This document shows positions 35,650 through 46,044 of a stretch of 64,000 bases of DNA, piece after piece (the first letter of the stretch is position 1; the number at the start of each line of letters is the position of its first letter). This DNA comes from an uncultured Methanosarcinaceae archaeon. Lineage in GTDB: Archaea; Halobacteriota; Methanosarcinia; Methanosarcinales; Methanosarcinaceae. Location of the stretch: NCBI GenBank assembly GCA_963733675.1, contig CAVTET010000001.1, forward strand, positions 992,001-1,056,000. The letters run 5' to 3'. Under the pieces are notes generated by a model. The model saw only the letters and a program-made list of their open reading frames with translations, was not told where the DNA came from and did no database searches. A program made the translations under genes and the position numbers.

Positions 35650-37363
35650 CTACTTCTGCCAATAATCTGAGAATTTTACATCAACTACACAAGGAATATG
35701 TTTTAAGTATTTACTTCCTGCTTTTTCCATTATTGTTTTTACAAAAGTACAGACTTCCTCAGCATTCTCCTCTTTACACTCAAATACGAGTTCATCATGC
35801 ACGATGTTAATGAATTTTACACCTAAAGGCTCGAATTTAGCCTGGGTTTGGGGAAGAGCTTCCTTAATCATATCTGCGCATAGTGATTGAATAGGTAGAT
35901 TCGTTGCTTCCCTACCTGCTGCACTCTCGTCTTTATCGCCATCAATAATTAATAGCCTACCCTGCAGCATTTCGTAATTCTCTATTCTGTATGCCTTCCT
36001 GACTTATTTTGTCCATATACCTACTTAGAGCAGGATAAGCTCCCTTAAAAGTACGAATGTACTCCTTAGCCTGATCTTCTGTCAGTTCAATTCCAGCATC
36101 TGTTTTTAACTTTTTCATCAAGCTTTTAGCGGACATCCCATAAAGTAAACCAAAATTAATTGTTTTTGCTATACTGCGTTCTTTGTCAGTTTTTTGAATG
36201 CTATCAAATGGCTTGTTAAAGATCTTAGAAGCAGTGAGGGTATGAATATCCACATTAGCAGCATAAGCTTCTATAAAAGCAAGCTCATCTGCTTTGTCTC
36301 CTAATATCCTAAGCTCTATTTGGGAGTAGTCAAAAGCTATTATTTTATTTCCCGACTCAGCTGTAAATATAGTTCTCCATTTGTTGTATTTAATAGGCTG
36401 TTGCTGAAGATTAGGATATTTACAACTGAACCGCCCTGATTTTGTGCCATACTGAAAAAAGTTAGCATGAATCCTACCTGTTGTTCTTGCTCTGTATGCT
36501 GGTAATTTCGAACAAAAGCTTGTAATTAGATGTTTTACTAGCTTGTATTCTTGATATTTATCTATCAGAGGATCTTCGTATTTTGCAAGCTCTTCAACAT
36601 TTATCGATGTAACAGGAATATCTTCTTTATTAAATTGTTTTACCATCTCCTTAGGAGAGTTAAGATTTATCTTGCTAGTTCTAAAATCTTCGTATAAAGA
36701 ATATCTTATATCCTTCTCTAATCCCACAAGTTCTGATGTTATCTCTTCCAATTTCTCCGGGTCATAGTGCATACCTGAAAGTTCAAGCCAGATGGTTGCA
36801 GGAATCACTTTCATTTCTGTATCTATGACAGACTCAAGCCTAAGTTCTTTTATTTTCTCTTGTTGCTTCTCCATAATGATAGGAAGGTACTCAAGGTCTT
36901 TCTTGCAGTATTCAATCTGTTCAGTTGTAAGCTCTTCCCCAAGCCTAAATGAGCACTGAAGCCTTTTACTCATCCTTTCCCTATCACAATAACGATGAAC
37001 TAAATCCTTTAATCGCATACCTTTTTTATCTTTATCTTCTTGCGAACGTAAACGATCTGCAGGGGCAGGACCACCTTTTATAGTAAGCTCAGCTATCATA
37101 GTATCATAAACAGAATGGATATTAACCCCATATTGCTGTTTCAGCATAGCACAGTCAAATTTTAGATTATGGCCTACTATAGTAAACCTATCAAAGAGCT
37201 CTTTGTAATCAGATAAATCATTAAGTTCTTCACCTTTGATAACGTGAAACTCGCCTGATTCGGTTAAAAACTGAACTGTAACTATCTCATCTCTATGATA
37301 ATCCGGCTTCTTACTCTTTGGATCAAACCGCATAGTTTCAATATCAAGAAAAAGGAAGCTCAT
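35650..37363 (-). CDS. polA: Family A DNA polymerase (3'-5' exonuclease + polymerase, no 5' nuclease); single +1 frameshift at ~35960
   Basis: ExoI DIET, ExoII HNLKFD, ExoIII YCKKD, TKSGRFSCKYPNLQQ, motif A DYSQIELR, motif B RSIAKTINFGLLYG, NLPIQS, motif C VHDELV. Confidence 0.95.
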
Positions 37364-37611
37364 ATTGCATCCGCCCCCTTCTCTGCGTGCAATGCTCGCT
37401 TTAGGATTGCAATACCTTTCTTCTCAGCTGCAGGCTTTTGAATAACATCTTCTTGTTGCTGACTTTTAGCTAAAATAGGAGTAGATTCCAACATTTTGTT
37501 AAAAGCATACTCTAAATGTGGTGTTGATTCATGATTAAATTCAGGACTTAACCCTTTAAAATCGTTATTGTCTTCTGTTTTAATTAAATTACTGGCAGGA
37601 TCTACTGGCAA
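37360..37611 (-). CDS. Hypothetical protein overlapping the polA start (ATGA)
   Basis: 83-aa ORF, translationally coupled; its start lies in the repeat array and is uncertain. Confidence 0.45.
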   Translation of the reverse strand: MPVDPASNLIKTEDNNDFKGLSPEFNHESTPHLEYAFNKMLESTPILAKSQQQEDVIQKPAAEKKGIAILKRALHAEKGADAI

Positions 37612-37914
37612 GTTGGCAGGCTTCCGAGCAGTTTCCGATGAAAAACCTGCCAGTGTCTTTGGCTGTGTTTTTATATTTATTCCAGATGAAATCTACCCCT
37701 GCTCTTGTTCATGATTTTGAGCAAGCTGGCAGGCTGGCAGGTTAGTAGAGCTTATCTTTTTATCTGTATATTGATATGGAGAAGAGATTTCTTTCTCATC
37801 TTCTTTTTCATTTTCTGTGGTAGAACTACAATAGGGGTTTTCAACCTGGCAGCCTGCCAGTCCTTCTACAGCATTCGAAAATTCCTGGCAGGCTTTTTCT
37901 GTCGTGTCTGCCAA
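37592..37914. repeat. Iteron-like array of ~10 YTGGCAR heptamers in both orientations
   Basis: Copies at 37592, 37605, 37613, 37647 (inverted), 37726, 37734, 37846, 37854 (inverted), 37885, 37908 (inverted). Confidence 0.75.
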
Positions 37915-40679
37915 TTTTAACTGTTTATCTGTTTGATTGTTGATCTGTTTCTCGAATTCAAGCTTGGAAGCATATATATCATATTTATTAATTTGTATAT
38001 CCTCCCAATAAGCTACTTTCTGTTTTGATTCATTATCATAAAGTCTAACATCAATAAAACCTATTTTTTTCATTTTTAGTCCAAATGTAGAATAAGGTAG
38101 CTTTTTTATTTGGTTATATTCAGCCCAGTCCAAATAAACTTTGTACACTTCTTTCTTTTCAGTAAGCTTAGCAGGAGAGTGATCTACACCGGCTTCACAA
38201 AAAGCACTTACAGGGGAGCTGTTTTTAACATAAATATCCTCAACTTGCTCTATATCTTTATCATAAGAGAATTGCATTTCAGCAAGTACATTTTTTAAAT
38301 GAGGTAAAACTAAGTTGAGAAATCCTGATTTTCCTCTTCAGTTATCAGTTTATTGAAAAGAGATTTATCATCATTTTTTCCTTCAACGAATTTTTTAGGG
38401 AAATGAATTAATATCCATCTACGAAAAAATGAATAGCCTCCTTCTTTTATCTCGGGTATTTTGTTGGCAGAAAACATTAACCTAGCTGTATTGTAAAAAC
38501 TAAACGAATCTTTATACTTTTTTCACCTACGATTCTGTCTCCACCAACTAAAGTTTTGAACATATCACTATAATAAACAGCTTGATCTTTCAAATCAGGA
38601 TAAATATTTAATAATTTTCCATCAAGATTGGATACTGCAAATTTATCAGTTTCAAGTTTTTGAAGACTCATACCACTTACGTTCTTGTCACCAATCCAAT
38701 TAGTTATAAATTTTAACCAAATGGATTTCCCATTAGCTCCATCCCCAAAGAGCATGAGAGCCTTTTGGATTTTAGTATCTGGAATTAAACTGTATCCAGC
38801 AAACTCTAGTAATACCTTAGCATCTTGTTTAGAAATTTCAATATCTACTAAGAATTTATTAATATTAGGACACTTTGCGGTAGGATCATAAATTACTGGA
38901 ATTTGTCGTATAGAATAAACGTCAGGTCTATGCTTTTCTAAATTTCCTGTCTGTAGATTGAATAGTCCATTTTTCAAATTAATTAAATGCTCTGAGCCTT
39001 TGTCAATTAAATCTCGTGATTTGTTTGTATACACTTTTATGAATTTTATAACTTCAATAACAAAATCATCGTCACCTACAGGAATATGTTCAGGTAAATC
39101 TTCCGTTAACAACTCTTCCCATTTTTCCTTAAATGTTTTTGAATACTGTTCTCTAATTACTTGATCAATAATGTTGTCAGCACTTTCTTGGGTGTAAACT
39201 CCATCTTGATAAAGATATAATTCTTTTGTCTCACTTAACGTTATTATAGAATGTTTTTCCATTATGATTTTTCCAATTACGTCAAAATGCACCTCATTTT
39301 TAATTTAAAAGTATCAGCTTTTGGATCTCAGAAACGGAAAGCTCATTAATATTTTTCGAGTTTTTAGTTACTGTTGTTCTTGCCCATGATTTTGCGGATT
39401 TCTTTAACGTAAATATATCATCAGCATTAAGTTTAAAAATTAATTTTAATTTATTGATGTAAGCATTACGATATAATGGATCCAGTTTAAGTAAATGTTC
39501 TTTAATGAACTTTTCAACAGAATTTAAGTCAATTACTTTATCATCAGTTACAATATAATTTCTTAAAACAAAAGAAAAAAAATCTTCAGCTTCTGTCACC
39601 AAATTATTGAAATCAGCAACTTTTTTCTCTTTCATATACTCTGCGATATCTATTTTACTAAGATTTTCTCAAGGTAGAGTAATAATTTTCACAGACAAAC
39701 TAGTATCAAAAAGAATTTGCCCAACTTCTCTAGCTCCATTTTGTCCTGCTCTATTCTCATCATTATCAAAACAAACGTAAATTTTAGATTTTGTTCTCAA
39801 AATATCTATTAAGTGGGCTTTGTTTTCGTCTGTTGTATTAGTAGATCCTAGGGAGATACAAGGAAATCCAAACTGATTAAGAACTATACAATCTGCCAGA
39901 CCTTCAGCAATAAAGCAAACATCTGCATTCTTTATTCTGTCTTCCCCAAAAAATCCTTTTTTGTTGATAAATTCAGAAATCTGCTCATTTTTAGTTTCAG
40001 ATCTAATTCGCAGATATTTGTATTTTGGTCCGTTATCATAATCTGGAGCATCAGGAGTTACTCTACCTGCAATATACTGAATTGTACCATTGCTAGTATA
40101 AAGAAAAATGATTCTACCTCTATAAAATTCCCCTCCCATGTTTCCGGTATCAGTAGTGTAAACTAGCCCAGCTTTGATCAAGTTTTTAGGATCCATGCCT
40201 TCCAGATTTCGCTCAGTGGAAGCATATCCTAGGTTCCAATCATCCACTGACTCCTTGGTAATCCCCCATTGATTGAAAATGAAACTGTACTGCTCATTAG
40301 TTAAATTTCCATGGTAGATATCTGCAGCTGTAGTAAGAGTGTTATAAACGTCTTCCTTTTCTGCAAGCTTGTTGGCTTGCTCATCAGAGAATGGCTCAAG
40401 TTGAATTCCAGAAATTTCTGTAGCTTTTTCAAGTGCTTGCCGTTTAGTAAGTCCTCTTTCTATATATTGAATAAAATCAAGAATACCTCCACCAACATGG
40501 TTTTTGTGACAGAACCAGGTATTTGTATTAAGTCGAACATGTAGACTTTTACCTATCTGCCCCACAGGTGGGATTGATCCATAATACAGATCCCCTTCTC
40601 TGGTTAGGTTAATTCCATAAGATCTGATTATTTTGACTATATCCATTTGAGCGAAAATAGAATTAGAAGACATTTTCAA
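37693..40679 (-). pseudogene. Fused primase-helicase: Zn-finger-like + DnaG-type TOPRIM primase + D5_N/SF3 helicase + wHTH, broken into four ORFs
   Basis: GGGILDF, FIAEGLAD, VCFDNDENRAG; ITLP*ENLSKIDIAEYMKE is in frame across TGA 39669; INLKNGLFNL, Walker A GDGANGKS, shifted-frame LMFSAN and FFRRW. Confidence 0.88.
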
Positions 40680-40827
40680 ACTTCCGGGAGTAAAATTAGG
40701 CTTGAGACGAACAAAGCCCTCATAAAATTCTCATTTTCTCGAGCAGCACAGCATTCAGAACAGTATTTAATATATAACAGTTCAAGGGCTGTTTTTTGCA
40801 GGGTTTAATATACATCCAAAACGACAT

Positions 40828-41121
40828 CTATTTCGCCCCCTTGTCTTGCATCTTTCTATACTTCAACTCTTGGTATATATTTTGCAAATTTTGAACCACA
40901 TGGTATGGATACATTGCGAGAAAATTATTTAAAAAGTAAATGCCCCTTATTAAAAATTCTTCTGTTACCCCGCAGGACTTAGACACCTTACGCCAGTTGC
41001 AGTCTTCTATGTCATCTAATTTATGCCATTTGTTGTTAAAAATAGCTTTATAATTTGTACATTTGATTATTTTCGATTCTGTCAGGCAATTCAATTTCGA
41101 GAACTTGTTTTTATTGACCAT
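40828..41121 (-). CDS. Hypothetical protein of the integrated element
   Basis: 97-aa ORF with an AAGGTGA RBS. Confidence 0.55.
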   Translation of the reverse strand: MVNKNKFSKLNCLTESKIIKCTNYKAIFNNKWHKLDDIEDCNWRKVSKSCGVTEEFLIRGIYFLNNFLAMYPYHVVQNLQNIYQELKYRKMQDKGAK

Positions 41122-41272
41122 GTCGTTTTCACCTTTAAAATTTTGGAAAACAGTAACAGTATCGGATACTACCTGAATACCCTTTTTGTGTTAGATTTAA
41201 ATATAATATGAGATCTAATAACACATTTAAGTTGTAGTCAAACACAAAGTATAAATTCTTGAAACGCGACAT

Positions 41273-41361
41273 GGTACATGGGGATAGTACCGCATCGTCA
41301 TTAAAAACCCATACTTATGACGATACTGAGCCCGAGACTGTTAGAGCAATCTCGGGTTTTT
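41273..41361 (+). ncRNA. Candidate three-hairpin small RNA antisense to the replication operon leader
   Basis: Stems GGTAC/GTACC, ATCGTCAT/ATGACGAT, CCCGAGA/TCTCGGG followed by T5; TATAAA at 41250. Confidence 0.45.
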
Positions 41362-41522
41362 CCATTCGTACTTTTATATAAATATAACTATATTAACTCT
41401 GTATATCATTTTATCATCTGGTTTTTTGATATTCAGGAAATTTCGCTGTTGTTCCTAGTTAAGTTAATAAATCAAAGCCGTTTCTAGTGTGTTAAAGACA
41501 TTATTATTTAAACTTGCCTCCT

Positions 41523-41669
41523 TCATGTTACTGAAAAAATAATTTTTGCCATCGCTCGTTCAATTGGGGCGCCGAAGTTTCGCATATATTCAATAATTTC
41601 TCTTCTTTCAGAGCAGACTTGTCTAAATGCAGCAATAGTTTCAGGTCGAAAAATTACATCATCTAACAT
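41523..41669 (-). CDS. 48-aa hypothetical protein
   Basis: MLDDVIFRPETIAAFRQVCSERREIIEYMRNFGAPIERAMAKIIFSVT; AAGGA RBS. Confidence 0.5.
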   Translation of the reverse strand: MLDDVIFRPETIAAFRQVCSERREIIEYMRNFGAPIERAMAKIIFSVT

Positions 41670-41743
41670 TCTTTTAATTCCTTTTCTGAGTCATATATTA
41701 TGGGTATTTTTCATTCACGCTTTTTATCATGTCAGTTTTAGGA

Positions 41744-41869
41744 TCAGTTTATAGCTTTTTCAATGATTTTGGAAAGAAATTTGCTCCGTGCAGTTTCCCC
41801 CCTGGTAGCTTCGATTCTGGAATAAACATCAGGCTGTACATAGACATTTACGAGAACTTTTTTTCCCAT
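41744..41869 (-). CDS. 41-aa ribbon-helix-helix (CopG-like) regulator
   Basis: MGKKVLVNVYVQPDVYSRIEATRGETARSKFLSKIIEKAIN: beta strand, helix, (S/A)RS helix pattern. Confidence 0.7.
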   Translation of the reverse strand: MGKKVLVNVYVQPDVYSRIEATRGETARSKFLSKIIEKAIN

Positions 41870-41970
41870 TTGAATTATTATATCAACCCACCAAAATTAC
41901 TTTATTAAGATTATATATACAAATTAATTTAATATTATTTAAACATTTTGTTTTTTGAAGGCTTCCGCTA

Positions 41971-42014
41971 TGTATACGTGTATGCATGTATGCATGTGTG
42001 CATACACGTATACA
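41971..42014. promoter_or_regulatory. Perfect 16-bp inverted repeat
   Basis: TGTATACGTGTATGCA-N12-TGCATACACGTATACA. Confidence 0.7.
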
Positions 42015-42062
42015 CATATACAGTTTAATAAACAAGTGAAAAAAAATTATAAAATTGAAAAG

Positions 42063-43217
42063 TTAACCATTGCTGCTTTTAACTGCATTTATAAGGGCAT
42101 TTAAAATTGCAGGATCAGCTTTTTGAAGTTGCAAAACAAGTTCTGAGATTTCGGTTTTTTCGGTTTCGATGGTTTTGCTAGATTCTGTCGTTAACGGTAG
42201 ACCACATCTAAAACAAAATTGTGCTTTTTTGTCTATAATCTCCTTACATCGGGGACATTTTAAAACTCTGGGCTTCTCTTCTTCTTCTTCAGGTAATTTG
42301 AGACCTGAAGCTTCAAGCATTGCTGCATTAATGTCGTTCGCTGATAGATGAATGTAAATATTAGCCATCTGAGAGTTAGCTTTCCATCCTAAAACAGCTT
42401 TAAGCTTTTGTTCACTCTTCAATTTCTTAGCCAAATCTGTAGCTCTTGCATGTCTAAATGAATGCGGATTGATTCTCTTCTTGATTCCTGCTGCCTTTCC
42501 TATGATCGCAATTTGCTGGTATAAACTTGATCGAGATATCAAATTATAAGGCTCTCGAAATGAACAAAAAATCGGAGCATCAGGGTCTTCTTTCCTAGGA
42601 TGAATTTCCAGCCATTGGTGAAGGTAAGAAGACGCAAAAATCAATCTCACAGGTCTAGCGCCTGTTTTCCCTTCACGAAGCCACAAAAGGCATCCATATT
42701 CGTCGAACTTTGCATCTGCAATGGTTGTACTTAATAATTCTCCCTTCCTTGCTCCAGAGTCTGTTAAACAAGCTATTAATGCTTTATCCCTCGCTGTGGG
42801 AGCATGGCGGATTAAACAATCAATTTCTTCATCTGTTAAAAGTTGATCTGGTGTTATACTGCTATGTTGTGTGTTTTTCGTTTTGATGCATCCTGCGAGC
42901 TTTGGGTTAATTTTTCCTATGAATACCCTGATGACAATCTTGTGAAGCTTGATCGATGAATTTTTCAGGTTCTCAATAGTGTCCAAATAGTCGTTAAAGT
43001 CTTCTTCGGTAATTTTTTCATATGGTTTTTCTAAACACTTTGAGAAGCGTATTAGTATTATCAGATGATTAATTATCGTCCTTGGTTTCCTTTCTTCATC
43101 CTGTAACCTTTTGATGTGCTTTTTGAGCGTTTTGAAATTCTCCGGTAATATTTCGGCCTCTACAATTTTTAGTCGATTGTTCCAGTAAGCTAAGTCAAGA
43201 ATATCTTGTTGAAACAT
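42063..43217 (-). CDS. Tyrosine recombinase/integrase with a C-terminal zinc ribbon
   Basis: SGARKGEL, GKTG, HSFRH, LGW, IYIH catalytic residues; CPRC..CFRC. Confidence 0.95.
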   Translation of the reverse strand: MFQQDILDLAYWNNRLKIVEAEILPENFKTLKKHIKRLQDEERKPRTIINHLIILIRFSKCLEKPYEKITEEDFNDYLDTIENLKNSSIKLHKIVIRVFIGKINPKLAGCIKTKNTQHSSITPDQLLTDEEIDCLIRHAPTARDKALIACLTDSGARKGELLSTTIADAKFDEYGCLLWLREGKTGARPVRLIFASSYLHQWLEIHPRKEDPDAPIFCSFREPYNLISRSSLYQQIAIIGKAAGIKKRINPHSFRHARATDLAKKLKSEQKLKAVLGWKANSQMANIYIHLSANDINAAMLEASGLKLPEEEEEKPRVLKCPRCKEIIDKKAQFCFRCGLPLTTESSKTIETEKTEISELVLQLQKADPAILNALINAVKSSNG

Positions 43218-43475
43218 GATTCTAATAACGCACCTTCCATATAAAGTAGTTTCCTTATTTTAAGTAAACTACCATTACTAAACTGCAAAATTTAATGGCT
43301 TAAGAGCTTGCTTATACATAGTTTTTGTGAGAAAAGTTTTGCATTGGGAATTCAATAACTTATGAAACGCCTGAGTCGCTATATTTCTGCTAATATGAGT
43401 ATCATATTTAGAATACAAATTGCATATTGAAAAAATATATAAAGTAAGCGCGCTAAAAAGTTTGAAGTATAAACT

Positions 43476-44213
43476 ATGGGTAAACAAATATTTAACAAAA
43501 CAAAAAAAATACTAGGCATGTTAATGGTAACCTTTTTAGTAACATCAGTGACAGCCATGGCAGTAAATGCTTACGATGGTATGTATGACCACGATAATGT
43601 TGTGCAAATAACTCAGCTTGAACAGATAAACACATTTCTACATAAGGGACCGGTGTTTGTGGAGCTGAAAGCTAAGTCCTGTAGACCATGCCAGCAAATG
43701 AAGCCTATTTTGGAAAAACTTGCGGCAAAATACCACGGAAAAGCTACAATCGCGTCTATTGATATATATCAGAATCCGGAACTTGTGAAATATTTTGGCG
43801 GCTACAACCTTCCTGATGCTTTTGTGATTGTTGGTACAAAAAGCGGAAAATACGTTTACATAGATGACGATGGAAACAATACTGTGGATAGATCCCAAGC
43901 CAAGATTATTGGATTAAACGCTGAAAATGAAAACAGGTTTGAAAAAATTATTGATCGTGCTCTTATTCAGCAAGATAACAATAAATATATGCTAACTGGA
44001 CAACACAAAAACGGAAAACCCTCCCGCGAACAACAAAACGGTGAAAACTATTCCGGCGAACAATACCGAAGAGGACAATACACAGGTGGAGAAAACCAAG
44101 GGAGACAATTCCCAGGTGGACTATTCCCAGGTGAACAATATCTCAGCGGACTCCCAGGTGAACAATATCTCAGCGGACTCCCAGGTGGACAATTCCCAGA
44201 TGAACAATTCTAA
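43476..44213 (+). CDS. Secreted thioredoxin-family protein with a Gly/Gln/Pro repeat tail
   Basis: Signal peptide; CRPC motif; 27-bp tandem repeat encoding PGEQYLSGL twice. Confidence 0.85.
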   Translation: MGKQIFNKTKKILGMLMVTFLVTSVTAMAVNAYDGMYDHDNVVQITQLEQINTFLHKGPVFVELKAKSCRPCQQMKPILEKLAAKYHGKATIASIDIYQNPELVKYFGGYNLPDAFVIVGTKSGKYVYIDDDGNNTVDRSQAKIIGLNAENENRFEKIIDRALIQQDNNKYMLTGQHKNGKPSREQQNGENYSGEQYRRGQYTGGENQGRQFPGGLFPGEQYLSGLPGEQYLSGLPGGQFPDEQF

Positions 44214-44998
44214 AGCGAATAATTTGATGTAACTCATTGATCACCTTGTATTTCCGGGTGAATACTTGATTGACATCGAGCTTATGCAGTTGACTTTTTG
44301 CAGTCAACTACATAATCCCATAATTTTTGGAGTTAATCACTCAGTTACACATCAAATAATTATTTTCCAAATACAACTAATACCAATAAATGCAAAAAAA
44401 GTATTAAAAATTATAAAAATTAAAAATACTTGCTTGCCATCTATTTTAATTTGGGAAGTCTACATAGAATTCTTTAAATCCTGATTGACTTTATATCCTT
44501 TTCTTTGCTGCAAAAAACGATTAATCTTTATTATTAACACACGCTTTTTTTGTCTTAAAACCCGTGTATTCTAGCAATCCTCAGTCGAAGTTATAAGATA
44601 TTTTTACCGAATTGTACTGGAAATGCATAGTTTTTATTGAAATTCATCTTCTGATGTTGGCTCTGAAAATGCGTTTTTTGCTCAAAAAATGTTCTATTGT
44701 TAAAAGAAGCCTTATTAATCGACATCTTCCTCTTTAAAGCTGCATGAACCCTTTTTATTCAACACGCTTTATCCACCAATAAACCGTTGAGATATAAACT
44801 AGTAAATCTTCTCAACTTTAGCTGAACTCAAAATCACTTTTTAGCCAGTAATAGGGCTTGAAGTCTTATTGTTAGTTTTTGTCGCAGAAACTGATGATTG
44901 CCTTAGCAACATAATACTAATGAACATATCAAACATAATTAACCTAATATACTTATCTTATATAGAATAATGTTGTGTTATATTTGAGTTGACTAAAT

Positions 44999-45988
44999 AT
45001 GGCATTGTTGGATACATCTGCAGAAAGTGGTTTAAATAAATTTCTGGAGGAATTCATCGAAAAAAAAAATACTATTCAAGATTTAAAGCAGTTCGAAATC
45101 CTGGAAACTGAAAACGCTACCTCTGACAATATAGTTACAACCAAAAATGATGCCTATTCCAGAAAACTGCAACAAAATTATACACACATTCAACTTGACC
45201 AGAGAGTTATAACCGAAGATAGTGCCATTGGAATAAGAATGGCAAAAATTGCAGAAATCAATTTTAAAAACCAAAATGAGGCTAATAGGTCGCAGGTTTT
45301 TTACTCACGTGTCTCTCAGCTAAAGGGCCCCTTTAAAGAAGAGTTTCTTGAAAAAGCCATTGATTTTGCCTGCAATATTAAATCTGAAGATTTAAGAGCA
45401 CAGACACTTTCTCTCATTATCCCGATTCTGGAGGGGGAAAAAAAGGTAGAACTTATACAAAAAGCCCTTTACTCTGCATCCTATATTCAAGATGAAAACG
45501 GAAGATCCCTTGTACTTTCTTCGCTTGCACGCTATCTAAGAGGTCCGAATAAAGAAAAACTTATTGCACATATTTTTGACTCCTTTTCCCAAATTCAATC
45601 TGGCGATGCAAAGTTCCAAATACTCTCTTCGCTTGTTCCGCATCTTTACGGATCAAAAAATGAACTAATTATGGATAAAGCCCTTGAATTAGTATCGGGG
45701 ATTACATCTGAATATCAAAAATTAGAGTCTTTTTCTCTGCTTATTCCATATCTTACTGAGAAAAGGGAAAAGGAAATTATAGAACAAGCCCTTGAGTTAG
45801 CTTTCAACATTAAAGACAAAGATATGGTACCCCAGGCTCTTTTATTAATCATTCCATATCTGGATGAATCTAGACAAAAAAAAATTATTGAGAAAGCCCT
45901 TATTCTTGCAAACGAGATTCAATCGGAGGATCGAAAAGAACAGGCTTTCACATCGCTTGCTCAGTATCTTTATGAAACAGAAAAATAG
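44999..45988 (+). CDS. Alpha-helical (HEAT-like) repeat protein
   Basis: ~35-aa repeats EKALELA..I..E..R..ALS.L.PYL. Confidence 0.8.
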   Translation: MALLDTSAESGLNKFLEEFIEKKNTIQDLKQFEILETENATSDNIVTTKNDAYSRKLQQNYTHIQLDQRVITEDSAIGIRMAKIAEINFKNQNEANRSQVFYSRVSQLKGPFKEEFLEKAIDFACNIKSEDLRAQTLSLIIPILEGEKKVELIQKALYSASYIQDENGRSLVLSSLARYLRGPNKEKLIAHIFDSFSQIQSGDAKFQILSSLVPHLYGSKNELIMDKALELVSGITSEYQKLESFSLLIPYLTEKREKEIIEQALELAFNIKDKDMVPQALLLIIPYLDESRQKKIIEKALILANEIQSEDRKEQAFTSLAQYLYETEK

Positions 45989-46044
45989 AGATCATTTTCT
46001 AGATTGTAGCTATTTGAGCTAGCTCTTGTTATACAGGTCAACTG

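Larger units (their letters stand above)
33315..43300 (-). mobile_element. Integrated satellite-/plasmid-like element: integrase, RHH, primase-helicase, family A DNA polymerase, TerS-like protein
   Basis: Contiguous, nearly all co-oriented replication and integration genes between host-type genes; boundaries approximate, no att repeat found. Confidence 0.88.

Noticed and set aside
10644-39671. Four in-frame TGA codons (YVTN gene, hisI, dCMP deaminase, primase) suggesting UGA recoding
   Set aside because: The expected residues differ (Gly versus Arg), each is a single substitution from GGA/CGA/AGA, and intact genes such as purC and the 2815 ORF end at TGA
43218-43330. att site or tRNA target next to the integrase; short IR GTAGTTT/AAACTAC at 43246-43272
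   Set aside because: No tRNA-like sequence and no matching direct repeat found near 33.3 kb by eye; the 7-bp IR could be chance
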